Of a stretch of 56,019 nucleotides of DNA, positions 26,787-35,850 are shown one piece after another. Every line of letters starts with the position of its first letter. Position 1 is the first letter of the stretch. Both the position numbers and the translations under genes were made by a program. The notes under the pieces were generated by a model. It searched no databases. It was given only the letters and a program-made list of their open reading frames with translations, and was not told the origin of the DNA. Origin of the DNA: Bacillota bacterium (lineage in GTDB: Bacteria > Bacillota > Clostridia > Christensenellales > Pumilibacteraceae). The DNA lies in the NCBI GenBank assembly GCA_009781235.1, contig WQYM01000001.1, forward strand, positions 1 through 56,019, in the 5' to 3' direction.

Positions 26787-28382
26787 TTACGTCCGGATGA
26801 ACGGGATGAACGGCAATTCCGGATGGTCGAGGTATTTTTGCAGGGTGTCTTTTTCTAATTGCCCCGCCTCGGAAAGCGCCTTTTTAAAGCGCTTTAGGTA
26901 CTTTGCCCTCTCCTTTTCGTCACTTGTGTACTTCCACAACAAAAACGCGGCGGAGGGGTCGCCCGTGTTGCGGTTAAGCGCCTTTAGCGCGCGCGCCCTG
27001 TCAAACCGCGCGTCGTCGCCCTCGAACGCCATCATCGCATAAATGCCGTCCTGGTCGGAGTCCTTTCCGCGCTTGCGCATACATTCCAGCAGTAAATTTT
27101 TCGCTTTTTCCTTGTCGGGCGGCGTGCCGATGCCAAAATAGTAGGCATAGGCGCAAAACAGCGCGCCGCAGCCGCAGGAATCGTCATAGTGCAGGTGCGC
27201 GAGCTCATAATACGAAAAAGCTTTCTCGGGATCCGGCGGCACGCCGATGCCGCACTCGTGCAATTTGCCCAGCATCGTGTAGGTGCAGTCGCGGTTCGGG
27301 TCGCTTAATAAGTCTTTTTCTAAAATTTTGACGCATTGGCCGGTGTCGTACTTATAAAATGCCCCGTACATGACCATTTGCACCGCGCTCCAGTGATCCG
27401 GCTCGTCGTCTGTAACAAACCCCTCGAGAATTTCTAAACACCGCTTTACGTCCTTTTTTGTGCCCCCTCTGAGGCTGCGCCAAAGAAGCTCGCGCGCGGC
27501 CTCTATGTCACCGCCAAGGGCATACGCGTTTTCAAGCAGCGCGAGCCATTCCTTCGCGCCGAAATATTCGTCGTATTCGCAAAGTGCGGATATGTCCAGC
27601 GGGAAACGCTCGGCGTAGCGTTTTACGTAGTTTTTGCGCTCCTTTGCCGATTTATCCTCTAATAATACGTCCATGATGTTAAAAAACAGCCGCTCGCGGT
27701 CGTCCTTGTCTTCCGTTTGATCCAACAGCGCGTCCGCAAGCTGAAAGGCAGGCCCGTTTTCGCCCTTTTGCACATGGTAAGAAATCCGCTTGTCCGTCCA
27801 TGCCGCGGCGTGCTCGGGGTGGGCGTGGGCGCAAAAATCAAGCAGATCCAAGGCCTCGTCAAACCGCCCCGCCGCCACCAAAAGGTCGACTTTTACCGAC
27901 GCCCCCCGCAAAAAATCGCCCGTCTTTAAATATTCGTCGATAAAACGCAGGCCCTTTTGCGGCTCGTCGTCCGTAATGCCGCGCTCGACGCAAATGCCCT
28001 GGTACGCGTGCGCCGCCAAGTACGCGGCCTCCGTATCGTCATAATGCGTCTCGTAAAACTCCAAGGCGTAGGGTTCCGCTTCACAATAGCAATCTAACCT
28101 TATCAGCGCATACGCGGCCATATGCAGTAGATGCGGGTAATACGGATCCTTTTTTTTGCGTTTTAAGAGCGGCTTAACCGTTGCGGCGGCCTCGTGATAC
28201 CGCCCGTAGTCCGTAACCCCTTCCGTGGCGTCGGCCAGCGTCAGCAGCATTTCCGCCTTCATAATCAGCAAGTCGTCGTCGGGCTTTTTGCCTTGCAGCT
28301 TTATGGCGTTGCGGACTTGTTCGACGGCTTCTTCAAGCGGCATGTCCTTGATTTTTTCTTGTATGTCGTAAATCGTATTCAT
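26787..28382 (-). CDS. TPR/Sel1-like repeat protein
   Basis: Helical-repeat composition with Sel1-like stretches (GIGVPPDPEKAFSYYELA, GIGTPPDKEKAKNLL). The start is uncertain (ATG 28382 or TTG 28418). Confidence 0.7.
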   Translation of the reverse strand: MNTIYDIQEKIKDMPLEEAVEQVRNAIKLQGKKPDDDLLIMKAEMLLTLADATEGVTDYGRYHEAAATVKPLLKRKKKDPYYPHLLHMAAYALIRLDCYCEAEPYALEFYETHYDDTEAAYLAAHAYQGICVERGITDDEPQKGLRFIDEYLKTGDFLRGASVKVDLLVAAGRFDEALDLLDFCAHAHPEHAAAWTDKRISYHVQKGENGPAFQLADALLDQTEDKDDRERLFFNIMDVLLEDKSAKERKNYVKRYAERFPLDISALCEYDEYFGAKEWLALLENAYALGGDIEAARELLWRSLRGGTKKDVKRCLEILEGFVTDDEPDHWSAVQMVMYGAFYKYDTGQCVKILEKDLLSDPNRDCTYTMLGKLHECGIGVPPDPEKAFSYYELAHLHYDDSCGCGALFCAYAYYFGIGTPPDKEKAKNLLLECMRKRGKDSDQDGIYAMMAFEGDDARFDRARALKALNRNTGDPSAAFLLWKYTSDEKERAKYLKRFKKALSEAGQLEKDTLQKYLDHPELPFIPFIRT

Positions 28383-28435
28383 AGTCCCATTGTAATCGAC
28401 GGGGCGCCGGGTTGTCAACCGTTTGGCGACAGCAA

Positions 28436-28705
28436 CTAAAACTCATAATGCGACCATACACTGTGAATCAAAACCTCTTTTGCGCTCTCGTCCACCGAAT
28501 AGACCAACCTGTGTTGGATATTGATTCTACGGGAAAAACAGCCGGTCAGGTCACCGAGCAGCTTTTCGAACGGCGGCGGGTTTTGATAGGGGTCAACTTT
28601 TAGAATCTCAACAATATTGCTTGCGTTTTTCAGCAACGACTTTTTTTGCGCCAATAGCCCCAATCCTTTTAGAGCTTCTTTAGAAAAAAGGATTTTATAG
28701 CTCAT
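28436..28705 (-). CDS. yoeB: YoeB/Txe-family toxin
   Basis: FSRRINIQHRLVY...HY motif region. It overlaps the antitoxin gene by 11 nt. Confidence 0.85.
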   Translation of the reverse strand: MSYKILFSKEALKGLGLLAQKKSLLKNASNIVEILKVDPYQNPPPFEKLLGDLTGCFSRRINIQHRLVYSVDESAKEVLIHSVWSHYEF

Positions 28706-28967
28706 CTTGCATCAATTCCTCTAAAGTGCGGTTCCCCAACTCCGTAAATTCGCCTCTAGGCGAGGATAGACTTTGGGCGATTCTAGCTTTTAATCCGGGG
28801 ACGCTCTCGATATAAAGCGTTTCCATTAAGCTGCGGTAATCCTGCTCGCTTAATACTACGACATTTCCGTTCTTAGTAGAAATGTTGAGCGGCTCGTTAA
28901 ATTTTGCCACTTGGTCAAGGTAGCCGAACAGTTCTTTTCTAAAACCGGTTACATTTATATTGGTCAT
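28695..28967 (-). CDS. yefM: Phd/YefM-family antitoxin
   Basis: MTNINVTGFRKELFGYLDQV...VVLSEQDYRSLMETL. The start was trimmed to the ATG at 28967. Confidence 0.8.
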   Translation of the reverse strand: MTNINVTGFRKELFGYLDQVAKFNEPLNISTKNGNVVVLSEQDYRSLMETLYIESVPGLKARIAQSLSSPRGEFTELGNRTLEELMQDEL

Positions 28968-29044
28968 GACGGGCTCCTCTAGGCTTATACTATGTACATT
29001 ATAGCGTACGCGGAGACGTTTGTCAACCGTTTTCAATTAAAATT

Positions 29045-32000
29045 TCACCCCAGCAAAAACTTCAGCATCCCCGCCCGATCGGCGCCGAACAGGACGCGGG
29101 AGGCGATGGGGTCGATTTTTGCGCCCTTAAAACGGGCGGCGGAGGGCGGGATATCGGCGGTTTTTCTAAACTTTACAAAGGCCTCGGCACGCTTGACCGT
29201 TACGCCCTCGGCTCGAAGGCGGGCGGCGAGGTTTTTAAGGAGGGCGATTAAGATTAGGTTTTCGGTCGGATGCGGGATGGGGCCGTAGATGTCTTTTAGC
29301 TCGGCCATCAGTCTTTTACGCTCGTCCATCGACGCGGTTTGGCTGATGCGGGTGTAGACGCGGACGCGCAAAGCCTTGTCGGCGATATAGTCGTCGGGGA
29401 TAAAGGCGTTGAAGTCGGTAGTGACCTTGACGTCGGGGAGAAAACCCGACGAGTGAGGAATGAGGAGTGAGGAGTGAGGAACGGTGGAAGAACTGCCCTC
29501 TTTTTCATCCGACATTGTGCGCTGCGTTTCGCGCGTTGTGCATTCGTTGTCATCCATCCATCGTTCCTCACTCCTCACTCCTAACTCCTCACTCCACCCG
29601 CCAAGCTCGGCTACCGCTTCCGCTAGTATCCTTGCGTACATCTCATACCCTACCCGCTCGATGTGGCCGTGCTGCTCGCGCCCCAAAATATTGCCGGCGC
29701 CCCTGATTTCCAAATCCCGCATCGCGATTTTAAAGCCGCTGCCAAACTCGGTGAATTCCGTAATCGCGGCGAGGCGCTGGTACGCGCTTTCGGTAAGGAC
29801 TTTATGACCGTCGAACGTAAAATACACGTGCGCAAGCCGGTTGGAGCGGCCGACGCGGCCGCGCAATTGATAGAGCTGTGCAAGGCCGAAGTGGTCGGCG
29901 TCGATGACCACCATCGTGTTGGCATTGGGCATGTCGATGCCGTTTTCGATGATGGAGGAAGCCACCAAAACGCCGTACTTCCCCGCCGTAAACGCCTCCA
30001 CCGTGTTCTCTAAGCTTTCGGCCGCCATCTGCCCGTGGGCAACCGCGACCCGAACCTCCGCGCCCAGCATGTTTTTAACCTGCGCGGCGAATTTGTCGAT
30101 CGACGCGACGCGGTTATAGACGATAAAGGTTTGGCCGCCGCGCCCCGTTTCGCGCAAAACGGCGTCGGCCAGCAGGCTTTCGGCGTACTCGGTAACGTAG
30201 GTTTTAATCGGCAGGCGCTGCTCCGGCGGGGTGTCAAGCACGCTGATATCGCGGATGTGCGAGAGCGAAAAATGCAGCGTGCGCGGGATGGGCGTCGCCG
30301 AAAGCGTCAGCACGTTTACGTCGCTTTTCAGCGATTTTATCTTTTCCTTGTCCGCGACGCCGAACCGCTGCTCCTCGTCGAGAATCAATAAACCGAGGTC
30401 GCGAAATGCCACGTCTTTTGAGAGCATACGGTGCGTGCCGCATACGATGTCGGCGCGCCCGTTTTGCAGGGATTCGAGCGCGGCGGCGATTTCCTTAGGG
30501 GCGTCGAACCTTGTAAGGCTCACGGCATTCACGCCGAACGGTTCCATGCGGTTTTTTACCGTGTTAAAATGCTGGCGCGCGAGGATGGTAGTCGGGGAAA
30601 GAAACGCGACCTGCTTGCCGTCCGCGATTACCTTGTACGCGGCGCGCAGGGCGACCTCGGTTTTGCCGTAGCCCACATCCCCGCACAACAGCCGATCCAT
30701 CACCTTGCCCCGCTCCAAATCTTTTAGGCACTCGTCCGTCGCGGTTAGCTGGTCCTCCGTCTCGTTGTAGGGGAACGCCGCGGCAAATTCGTCGTCAAGT
30801 TCGCGGTTTTTCGGGTATTGGTGTCCCTTTGCCGCCGCGCGCACCGCATACAATTCGGTTAAATCGACCGCCATTTTTGCGACGGACGCTTTTACGCGCT
30901 CCTTGACGCGCGCAAATTCCGCGCCGCCAATCTTTGAGAGCTTGGGTTCCGCTTCGCCTTCGCCGAAAGCAGAGAGGCTGTCCATGTTTTCGACTGGCAC
31001 GTACAGGGTGTCGCCGCCCGCGTAACGGATGACGGCGTAATCGCGCTCCGCCCCGCCCAATTTCAGGCGCGTAACGGATTCGCAAAAGCCGATGCCGTGG
31101 TAGGCGTGCACGACATACGCGCCGATCGCGGGTTCGGTGAACGGGTCGCGCTTGCCCCGCCGTATCACCTTTTTTTGCCCGCCGCCCGGCGCAATCGACT
31201 TGGTGCCGATCAAAACCAGCTTTTCGTCGTGGAAAATGGCACCCTCGATTAGCTTTTCGGCGACGACGTCAAGTTTGCCTTTGCCGCCCGTATTGAAAGG
31301 CCGCAAAGACGCGAAAAATCCCGTCATTTTTTCCTGCGCCGCCGGACTCCCGCAGAAAATAACGACGCGGTAACCGTTGGACATCCACGCCCTAACGTCG
31401 TCCGCAAGGGCGTTAAAATCGCGGTGATAGGCGGGAAAATCGAGCGAGGATTTAAAGTTGAAGAGGACTTGGGGCTTAAAAAGCCGGTTTTGGCTGTCCA
31501 CCGCATGGAACGCGAGCTTTGGACACGCAAATGCAAGCGCAGATTCCTTTGGCGCGAGTTGGCGAATTGAGGATTTTAACACCTCTCCCTTTGAGAGCCC
31601 CGCCTTGTAACGGTTTTCGTGCTCGGTGTAGATGAGGTTGAGTTGGTCGGCAACTTGCTTTGCGTCGTCAAAAATGACGCGTGCGGGTTTAAAAAAATCC
31701 GCAAAGCCGCAGTGATTGAAAAGCGGCATCAAAAACGACAACCGCATATCGTGGGAACCGGAGGTGAGGTCGGAGGTGAGGTGGGAACGGAGGGTATGGT
31801 ATGCGTCCGCGTCTCGGGGTTCGGAGCTCGGGGGACGGGGTTCGAAGTTTTCAGTGAAGGTATCAGGGCACAAGGCACAAGGCGCAGGTACCGGATGAGC
31901 AAAATCTCCTTTATCTGTGCCTTGTGCCTTGTGCCCTGATACCTTTTCTCTCGTATCCAGCTCCGCCAGCGCGCGCGTCAATATCTCGTCCACCTCGGAT

Positions 32001-32947
32001 TCGCTGTAAAAAACCTCGGTATTGGGGGGAATAAAAATGCGCTCTAATGCCTCTTTTGACGTTAAATCGAACGCGTCAAAGGCTTTAATGCTCTCGACTG
32101 TGTCGCCGAAAAATTCGACGCGCACGCCAGTTTCCCTATCCAGCGGAAACACGTCCAAAATATCGCCGCGCAAACTAAACTGTCCCCGCGCCGCCGCTAG
32201 GCTTTCGCGGCGGTAGCCCGACTGCACCAGCCGTTTTGCCAATTTCTGCGGGTCGTAGTCTTTCCCCGCTTCGATCGTGATAAAATGCGCCTCGAACTGT
32301 TCCCGCAGCGGAAACAACTGGCACACCGCCTCGACGGTGGTTACCACAATGCAAGTAGGATTTTGCACCGCCGCCGCCATCGCACTAAGCCTGGCCGCAT
32401 GGTTTTCGGATGAGCTTAAACGCCGATAGTTTAAAACGTCGTCCTTTGCGGGAAGGAGAATACAATTAGGAATGAGGAGTGAGGAATTAGGAATTGCGGA
32501 TGATTTTGATTCCGATTCCCCGTAGGGGTCGCCGTCCCCGGCGACCCGCCCATCCGATTCCCCGTAGGGGTCGCACGGCGTGCGACCCGCCCCCATGGGC
32601 GGCGATTGGCTCGTCAAACACAAAAACTGCTCGCACGCCCTTTTTGCCGCCAATTCGTCCGCGCAAACGTATATTGTGGGGGATAAAGCGTGGGGAGCAC
32701 CAATCCCCGTAGGGGCGGAGGGCCATCCGCCCGCAGTCCGTGCATTGCCCATATGTTCGGGCGGATTGCCATCCGCCCCCACAAAATTATTCTTTTCCCC
32801 GACCCATTCCCCATTCCCCAACTCCGCCGCCAAAACCGTTCGTGCGCCAAACGACAGCGAAAAAGCCGAGATATTTTTATCCCGGGCACTCTCGAGCAAT
32901 TTTTTTGCTTCTCCTTTAAATTCGATTGGGTGATTATTTGGGAGCAT
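29045..32947 (-). CDS. mfd: transcription-repair coupling factor Mfd carrying several in-frame repeat inserts (1300 aa)
   Basis: Walker A GDVGYGKTEVA, DEEQRFG box, RGRVGRS motif and a CarD-like region (VVHAYHGIG). The inserts are at 29451-29595, 31758-31943, 32465-32597 and 32691-32820. Confidence 0.95.
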   Translation of the reverse strand: MLPNNHPIEFKGEAKKLLESARDKNISAFSLSFGARTVLAAELGNGEWVGEKNNFVGADGNPPEHMGNARTAGGWPSAPTGIGAPHALSPTIYVCADELAAKRACEQFLCLTSQSPPMGAGRTPCDPYGESDGRVAGDGDPYGESESKSSAIPNSSLLIPNCILLPAKDDVLNYRRLSSSENHAARLSAMAAAVQNPTCIVVTTVEAVCQLFPLREQFEAHFITIEAGKDYDPQKLAKRLVQSGYRRESLAAARGQFSLRGDILDVFPLDRETGVRVEFFGDTVESIKAFDAFDLTSKEALERIFIPPNTEVFYSESEVDEILTRALAELDTREKVSGHKAQGTDKGDFAHPVPAPCALCPDTFTENFEPRPPSSEPRDADAYHTLRSHLTSDLTSGSHDMRLSFLMPLFNHCGFADFFKPARVIFDDAKQVADQLNLIYTEHENRYKAGLSKGEVLKSSIRQLAPKESALAFACPKLAFHAVDSQNRLFKPQVLFNFKSSLDFPAYHRDFNALADDVRAWMSNGYRVVIFCGSPAAQEKMTGFFASLRPFNTGGKGKLDVVAEKLIEGAIFHDEKLVLIGTKSIAPGGGQKKVIRRGKRDPFTEPAIGAYVVHAYHGIGFCESVTRLKLGGAERDYAVIRYAGGDTLYVPVENMDSLSAFGEGEAEPKLSKIGGAEFARVKERVKASVAKMAVDLTELYAVRAAAKGHQYPKNRELDDEFAAAFPYNETEDQLTATDECLKDLERGKVMDRLLCGDVGYGKTEVALRAAYKVIADGKQVAFLSPTTILARQHFNTVKNRMEPFGVNAVSLTRFDAPKEIAAALESLQNGRADIVCGTHRMLSKDVAFRDLGLLILDEEQRFGVADKEKIKSLKSDVNVLTLSATPIPRTLHFSLSHIRDISVLDTPPEQRLPIKTYVTEYAESLLADAVLRETGRGGQTFIVYNRVASIDKFAAQVKNMLGAEVRVAVAHGQMAAESLENTVEAFTAGKYGVLVASSIIENGIDMPNANTMVVIDADHFGLAQLYQLRGRVGRSNRLAHVYFTFDGHKVLTESAYQRLAAITEFTEFGSGFKIAMRDLEIRGAGNILGREQHGHIERVGYEMYARILAEAVAELGGWSEELGVRSEERWMDDNECTTRETQRTMSDEKEGSSSTVPHSSLLIPHSSGFLPDVKVTTDFNAFIPDDYIADKALRVRVYTRISQTASMDERKRLMAELKDIYGPIPHPTENLILIALLKNLAARLRAEGVTVKRAEAFVKFRKTADIPPSAARFKGAKIDPIASRVLFGADRAGMLKFLLG
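29451..29595 (-). mobile_element. heptamer-armed hairpin element (GAGTGAG/CCTCACT arms) in frame in mfd
   Basis: It is homologous to 6088-6232 in both arms and core, and is read in the same element frame (SEELGVRSEERWM...). Confidence 0.85.
31758..31847. repeat. two-array insert (2 x GGAGGTGAGGT(C) ... CGGGGTTCG-like) in mfd
   Basis: CCGGAGGTGAGGTCGGAGGTGAGGTGGG - core - CTCGGGGTTCGGAGCTCGGGGGACGGGGTTCGAAG. Confidence 0.6.
31859..31943 (+). mobile_element. short heptamer-armed hairpin (GGCACAA arms) in frame in mfd
   Basis: The 29-nt arms are 31859-31887 and 31915-31943 and are nearly perfectly complementary. The 27-nt loop contains CCGGATGAGCAAAATC. Confidence 0.85.
32465..32597 (+). mobile_element. 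composite insert in the mfd N-terminal domain: AGGAATT/GAGTGAG arm + GCGGATGATTTTGA core start + two GTAGGGGTCGC palindromes
   Basis: Read directly from the sequence. It is translated as QSPPMGAGRTPCDPYGESDGRVAGDGDPYGESESKSSAIPNSSLLIPN. Confidence 0.7.
32691..32820. repeat. REPIN-like doublet (GTAGGGGCGGAGGGCCATCCGCCC ... GGGCGGATTGCCATCCGCCCCC) plus CATTCCC repeats inside mfd
   Basis: It is the same unit family as 9907-10013. It is translated as NGEWVGEKNNFVGADGNPPEHMGNARTAGGWPSAPTGIGAPHALS. Confidence 0.7.
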
Positions 32948-33070
32948 TTTCTTGACGGAGCGGTACTATAGCGCGACAAAAACTCTTGTCGCATCTTAAT
33001 ATTATCACTTCCCGCCGCTACCGTCAAGCTAACTTTTCATTTTTTGTTCAAAAATTTTTCCGCCGCCCTC

Positions 33071-33099
33071 TTGACAAAATTTGGAGGAGGGTATATAAT
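33071..33099 (+). promoter_or_regulatory. sigma70-type promoter
   Basis: TTGACA - 17 nt - TATAAT, upstream of the lipoprotein gene. Confidence 0.6.
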
Positions 33100-33172
33100 A
33101 ATATCGTTAAACTGTCGCTATTTTTGTTTTTGCATATTTTCGGTTGAATCCATTTCGAAGGGAAGAATCTTT

Positions 33173-35190
33173 ATGACAAAAAGACTTTTAAAACTCCTCA
33201 CGGTTTTTGGTATCGCTCTGCTTTTAGCGTTTTCCGTTATGGCGTGCGGCATCAATATTCAATCACCCGCGGATATCACCGTTACGTTTTCCTCCAACGT
33301 CCAAACATACGCGACGGTCAAAGTCAAGCCGGGCGCGGTTATGCCGGATGAACCGGAAAAAGAGGGGCTTGTATTCATCGGCTGGTTTAAAGACGATGGG
33401 GTTTTTACGCAGCCGTTTACCGGATTTTCGGGCGTGTCGGCTAGTATAACGGTGTACGCCAAGTGGATGCCCGCAGTACAAGAACCGCCGAACAAAACGG
33501 AAGCGGACATCTTTATCGCTCTGGTTAACGCGCTGCCCTTAACCGATGTATTAGCGAACGAAGACAAAATTACAGAAGCGCGCGCGTATTACGAAACGCT
33601 CTCGGCAACAATGAAAAACGCGACGGATGTCACAAAAGCGCTTGCATTGTTGGAGACGATAGAAAAGCTACTGAGTGAAACGGTGGCTTTGATTATTATC
33701 GTCGACGCGTCTACCAGCACGTGCGCGCCGGTTAGACCCAGCGCAAGTCATAAAATGCCCTATGACGAAGATATGCTGGGTAGTCGGCTTTGGGCTGAAG
33801 TTGAGGGCGCGAGAGCAGCCGTGAACGCGTTGGACGACAATGATTATGTCGGGATAATTTCAATGAATCTCCCCGAGGCAAGACCTCGGGGTATCCCCCT
33901 CAGCTCACTGCGTTCGCAATAAGCAGACCGACGCAAGACGTCGGGGAATAAAACCCGGAGAGATTTAACCATTCTGCTACGCTCCGGCTGGGGTTTACGC
34001 CCGTAGCCCGTACCGCCGAGATTGACGAGGCTCTCGGCAGTATAACCACCTCTCAAGGCACAATATACGATAGTGCGGTTTCGATGGCACAAGCGACTTT
34101 TAGCAATGTTAAAGTCGGGTGTAAAAAGCACATACTCTTTGTGACCGACGGCATACCGCTGGATGGCGATATGTGGCAATGGACGGTCAATAATACCATT
34201 AAGAATATGGCGAAAAGCGGCATCACATTCTCTGCCATCGGCGTCGGACGCGAGGCAGACAGTACGAGCGTAAAGATACCTCTGCTAGAAATGGCGACCA
34301 ACGGCGGCGGAGTATTTTATCCGATACCCGAAGTCACATGGATTTCCGATACCGTGGTGCAAGACGTCATGCAAAGAGAAGTCGAATATTTAAAAACAAG
34401 AACCAACTTTAAAACTATCGAGATTCCGAACGGAACGACAAGTATCGCCGCCTACGCTTTTGCCCGTTATGACAAGCTTAAGAGCATCATAATACCTGCT
34501 TCCGTAACAAGCATCGGAAAGTTGGCGTTCTACGGTTGCGGCGATCTAGAAAGCATCACAGTAATAAGCGGAAACTCCGCATACAAAGCCGACGGGAATT
34601 GCTTGATACGGATAGCGGATAAGGCGTTGATAGCGGGCTGCAATGCAAGCGTTATCCCGGATTATGTGGAAAGTATCGATGAATACACTTTTTCCAAGTG
34701 TGCGAGACTACAGAGTATTGAAATCCCAGACAATGTAAAAATCATCGGCATCGGCGCGTTTGCCGGCTGCAGCGAATTAGAAAACTTTACGATACCGTTT
34801 TTAGGAAAAACAGCCGATGGAAATGCGAGATTTTCATATTTTTTTGGTTATGCCGACAACAGTATTCCACCATCACTGAAAACGATTGCCGTTACGGGTG
34901 GCAGCACTATCGGGGATTTTGCTTTCAGCGGTTGCAGCGGAGTAACGAGCATCACGCTGCCCAACAGTGTGACGAATATCTACCAATCTGCTTTTACCAA
35001 CTGCGTCGGGCTTAAGAGTATAATCCTTCCGTCCGGTTTAACGAGCATTGGTTTCAATGCTTTTTATGGTTGCGCCGAGTTGACAGATGTATACTTTAGA
35101 GGAACTCAAAGCGAATGGGACGCAATAAATAAAAGCAGCTCAAGTTTTCCAATCGAAACAACGATACATTACAACTACATCGGAGAATAA
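33173..35190 (+). pseudogene. surface lipoprotein (Listeria-Bacteroides repeat + vWA + BspA-type LRR_5) interrupted within the vWA domain
   Basis: Signal and lipobox-like MTKRLLKLLTVFGIALLLAFSVMACG. The vWA start is IIIVDASTS. Frame 2 stops at 33922, and the vWA continues in frame 1 from 33952 (TAEIDEALGSITTSQGTIYDSAV ... ILFVTDGIP). LRR_5-like repeats follow (IPASVTSIGKLAFYGC). Confidence 0.7.
33869..33975 (+). mobile_element. about 107-nt hairpin-bearing insertion splitting the vWA gene (boundaries approximate)
   Basis: It contains the hairpins CCCCGAGG-CAAGA-CCTCGGGG and CCGACG-CAAGA-CGTCGG, plus the 51-nt block shared with 73-123. An insert length of 2 mod 3 would restore the frame. Confidence 0.55.
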
Positions 35191-35207
35191 ATCGTATCCC
35201 CTACTCT

Positions 35208-35732
35208 CTACCCTCCAATAATCTCCATTGCTTTGTCAGCGGCGGCTTCGATGGCCTTAACAAAAATCGGACGGTCGTCTTTGGGGATGACGGAAAGCAC
35301 GTAAGAGGCTAAATCCTGCCCCTCGCGCGGGCGGCCGGCGCCGATGCGGATACGTTTGAATTCCTCGCCGACGTACAACACAATGTCGCGCATCCCGTTG
35401 TGCGTGCCGGAGGAGCCCGTTTCGCGGTAGCGGATGGTGCCTTTTTCGATATCCACATCGTCGTATATGACGATTAAATCGGACAGAGCGCATTTATAGT
35501 ACCCCAGCAGTTTTTGGACGGCAAGTCCAGAGCGGTTCATCATGGTTTGCGGCTTTGCCAAAATCACGCGCTCGCCATTAAATTCGGCATGCGCGGTAAC
35601 AGAGCCGCATTCTTTTTTAGTGAATGCGGCTTTTAATCGGGCGGCCAAGCATTCGGCCGTTAAAAACCCTAAATTGTGGTACGTATGCGCGTACCCGTCG
35701 CCTATGTTACCGAGGCCTACGATTATTTTCAT
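35208..35732 (-). CDS. pth: peptidyl-tRNA hydrolase
   Basis: MKIIVGLGNIG..Y..TYHNLGF and GTHNGMRD motifs. Confidence 0.92.
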   Translation of the reverse strand: MKIIVGLGNIGDGYAHTYHNLGFLTAECLAARLKAAFTKKECGSVTAHAEFNGERVILAKPQTMMNRSGLAVQKLLGYYKCALSDLIVIYDDVDIEKGTIRYRETGSSGTHNGMRDIVLYVGEEFKRIRIGAGRPREGQDLASYVLSVIPKDDRPIFVKAIEAAADKAMEIIGG

Positions 35733-35750
35733 GGTTTCCTTTATGAAATA

Positions 35751-35845
35751 TTGTCGGGGAGACGGTGGTATTTGACAACTTTTCCAAGTGTCGCTGTTTT
35801 TGCACTATAGAATAAATTGTCAAATACCACCGTCCCCCTGACAAC
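35751..35845. repeat. inverted doublet TTGTCGGGGAGACGGTGGTATTTGACAA ... TTGTCAAATACCACCGTCCCCCTGACAA
   Basis: The units are 35751-35778 and 35818-35845. It belongs to the same family as 21524-21697. Confidence 0.85.
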
Positions 35846-35850
35846 TTTTC

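Noticed and set aside
25105-28382. MoxR-DUF58 plus the nearby TPR/Sel1 protein as a novel system.
   Set aside because: MoxR-DUF58 is a common housekeeping-type pair. The TPR gene is separated from it by about 575 nt of repeat-rich spacer, and there is no evidence of coupling.
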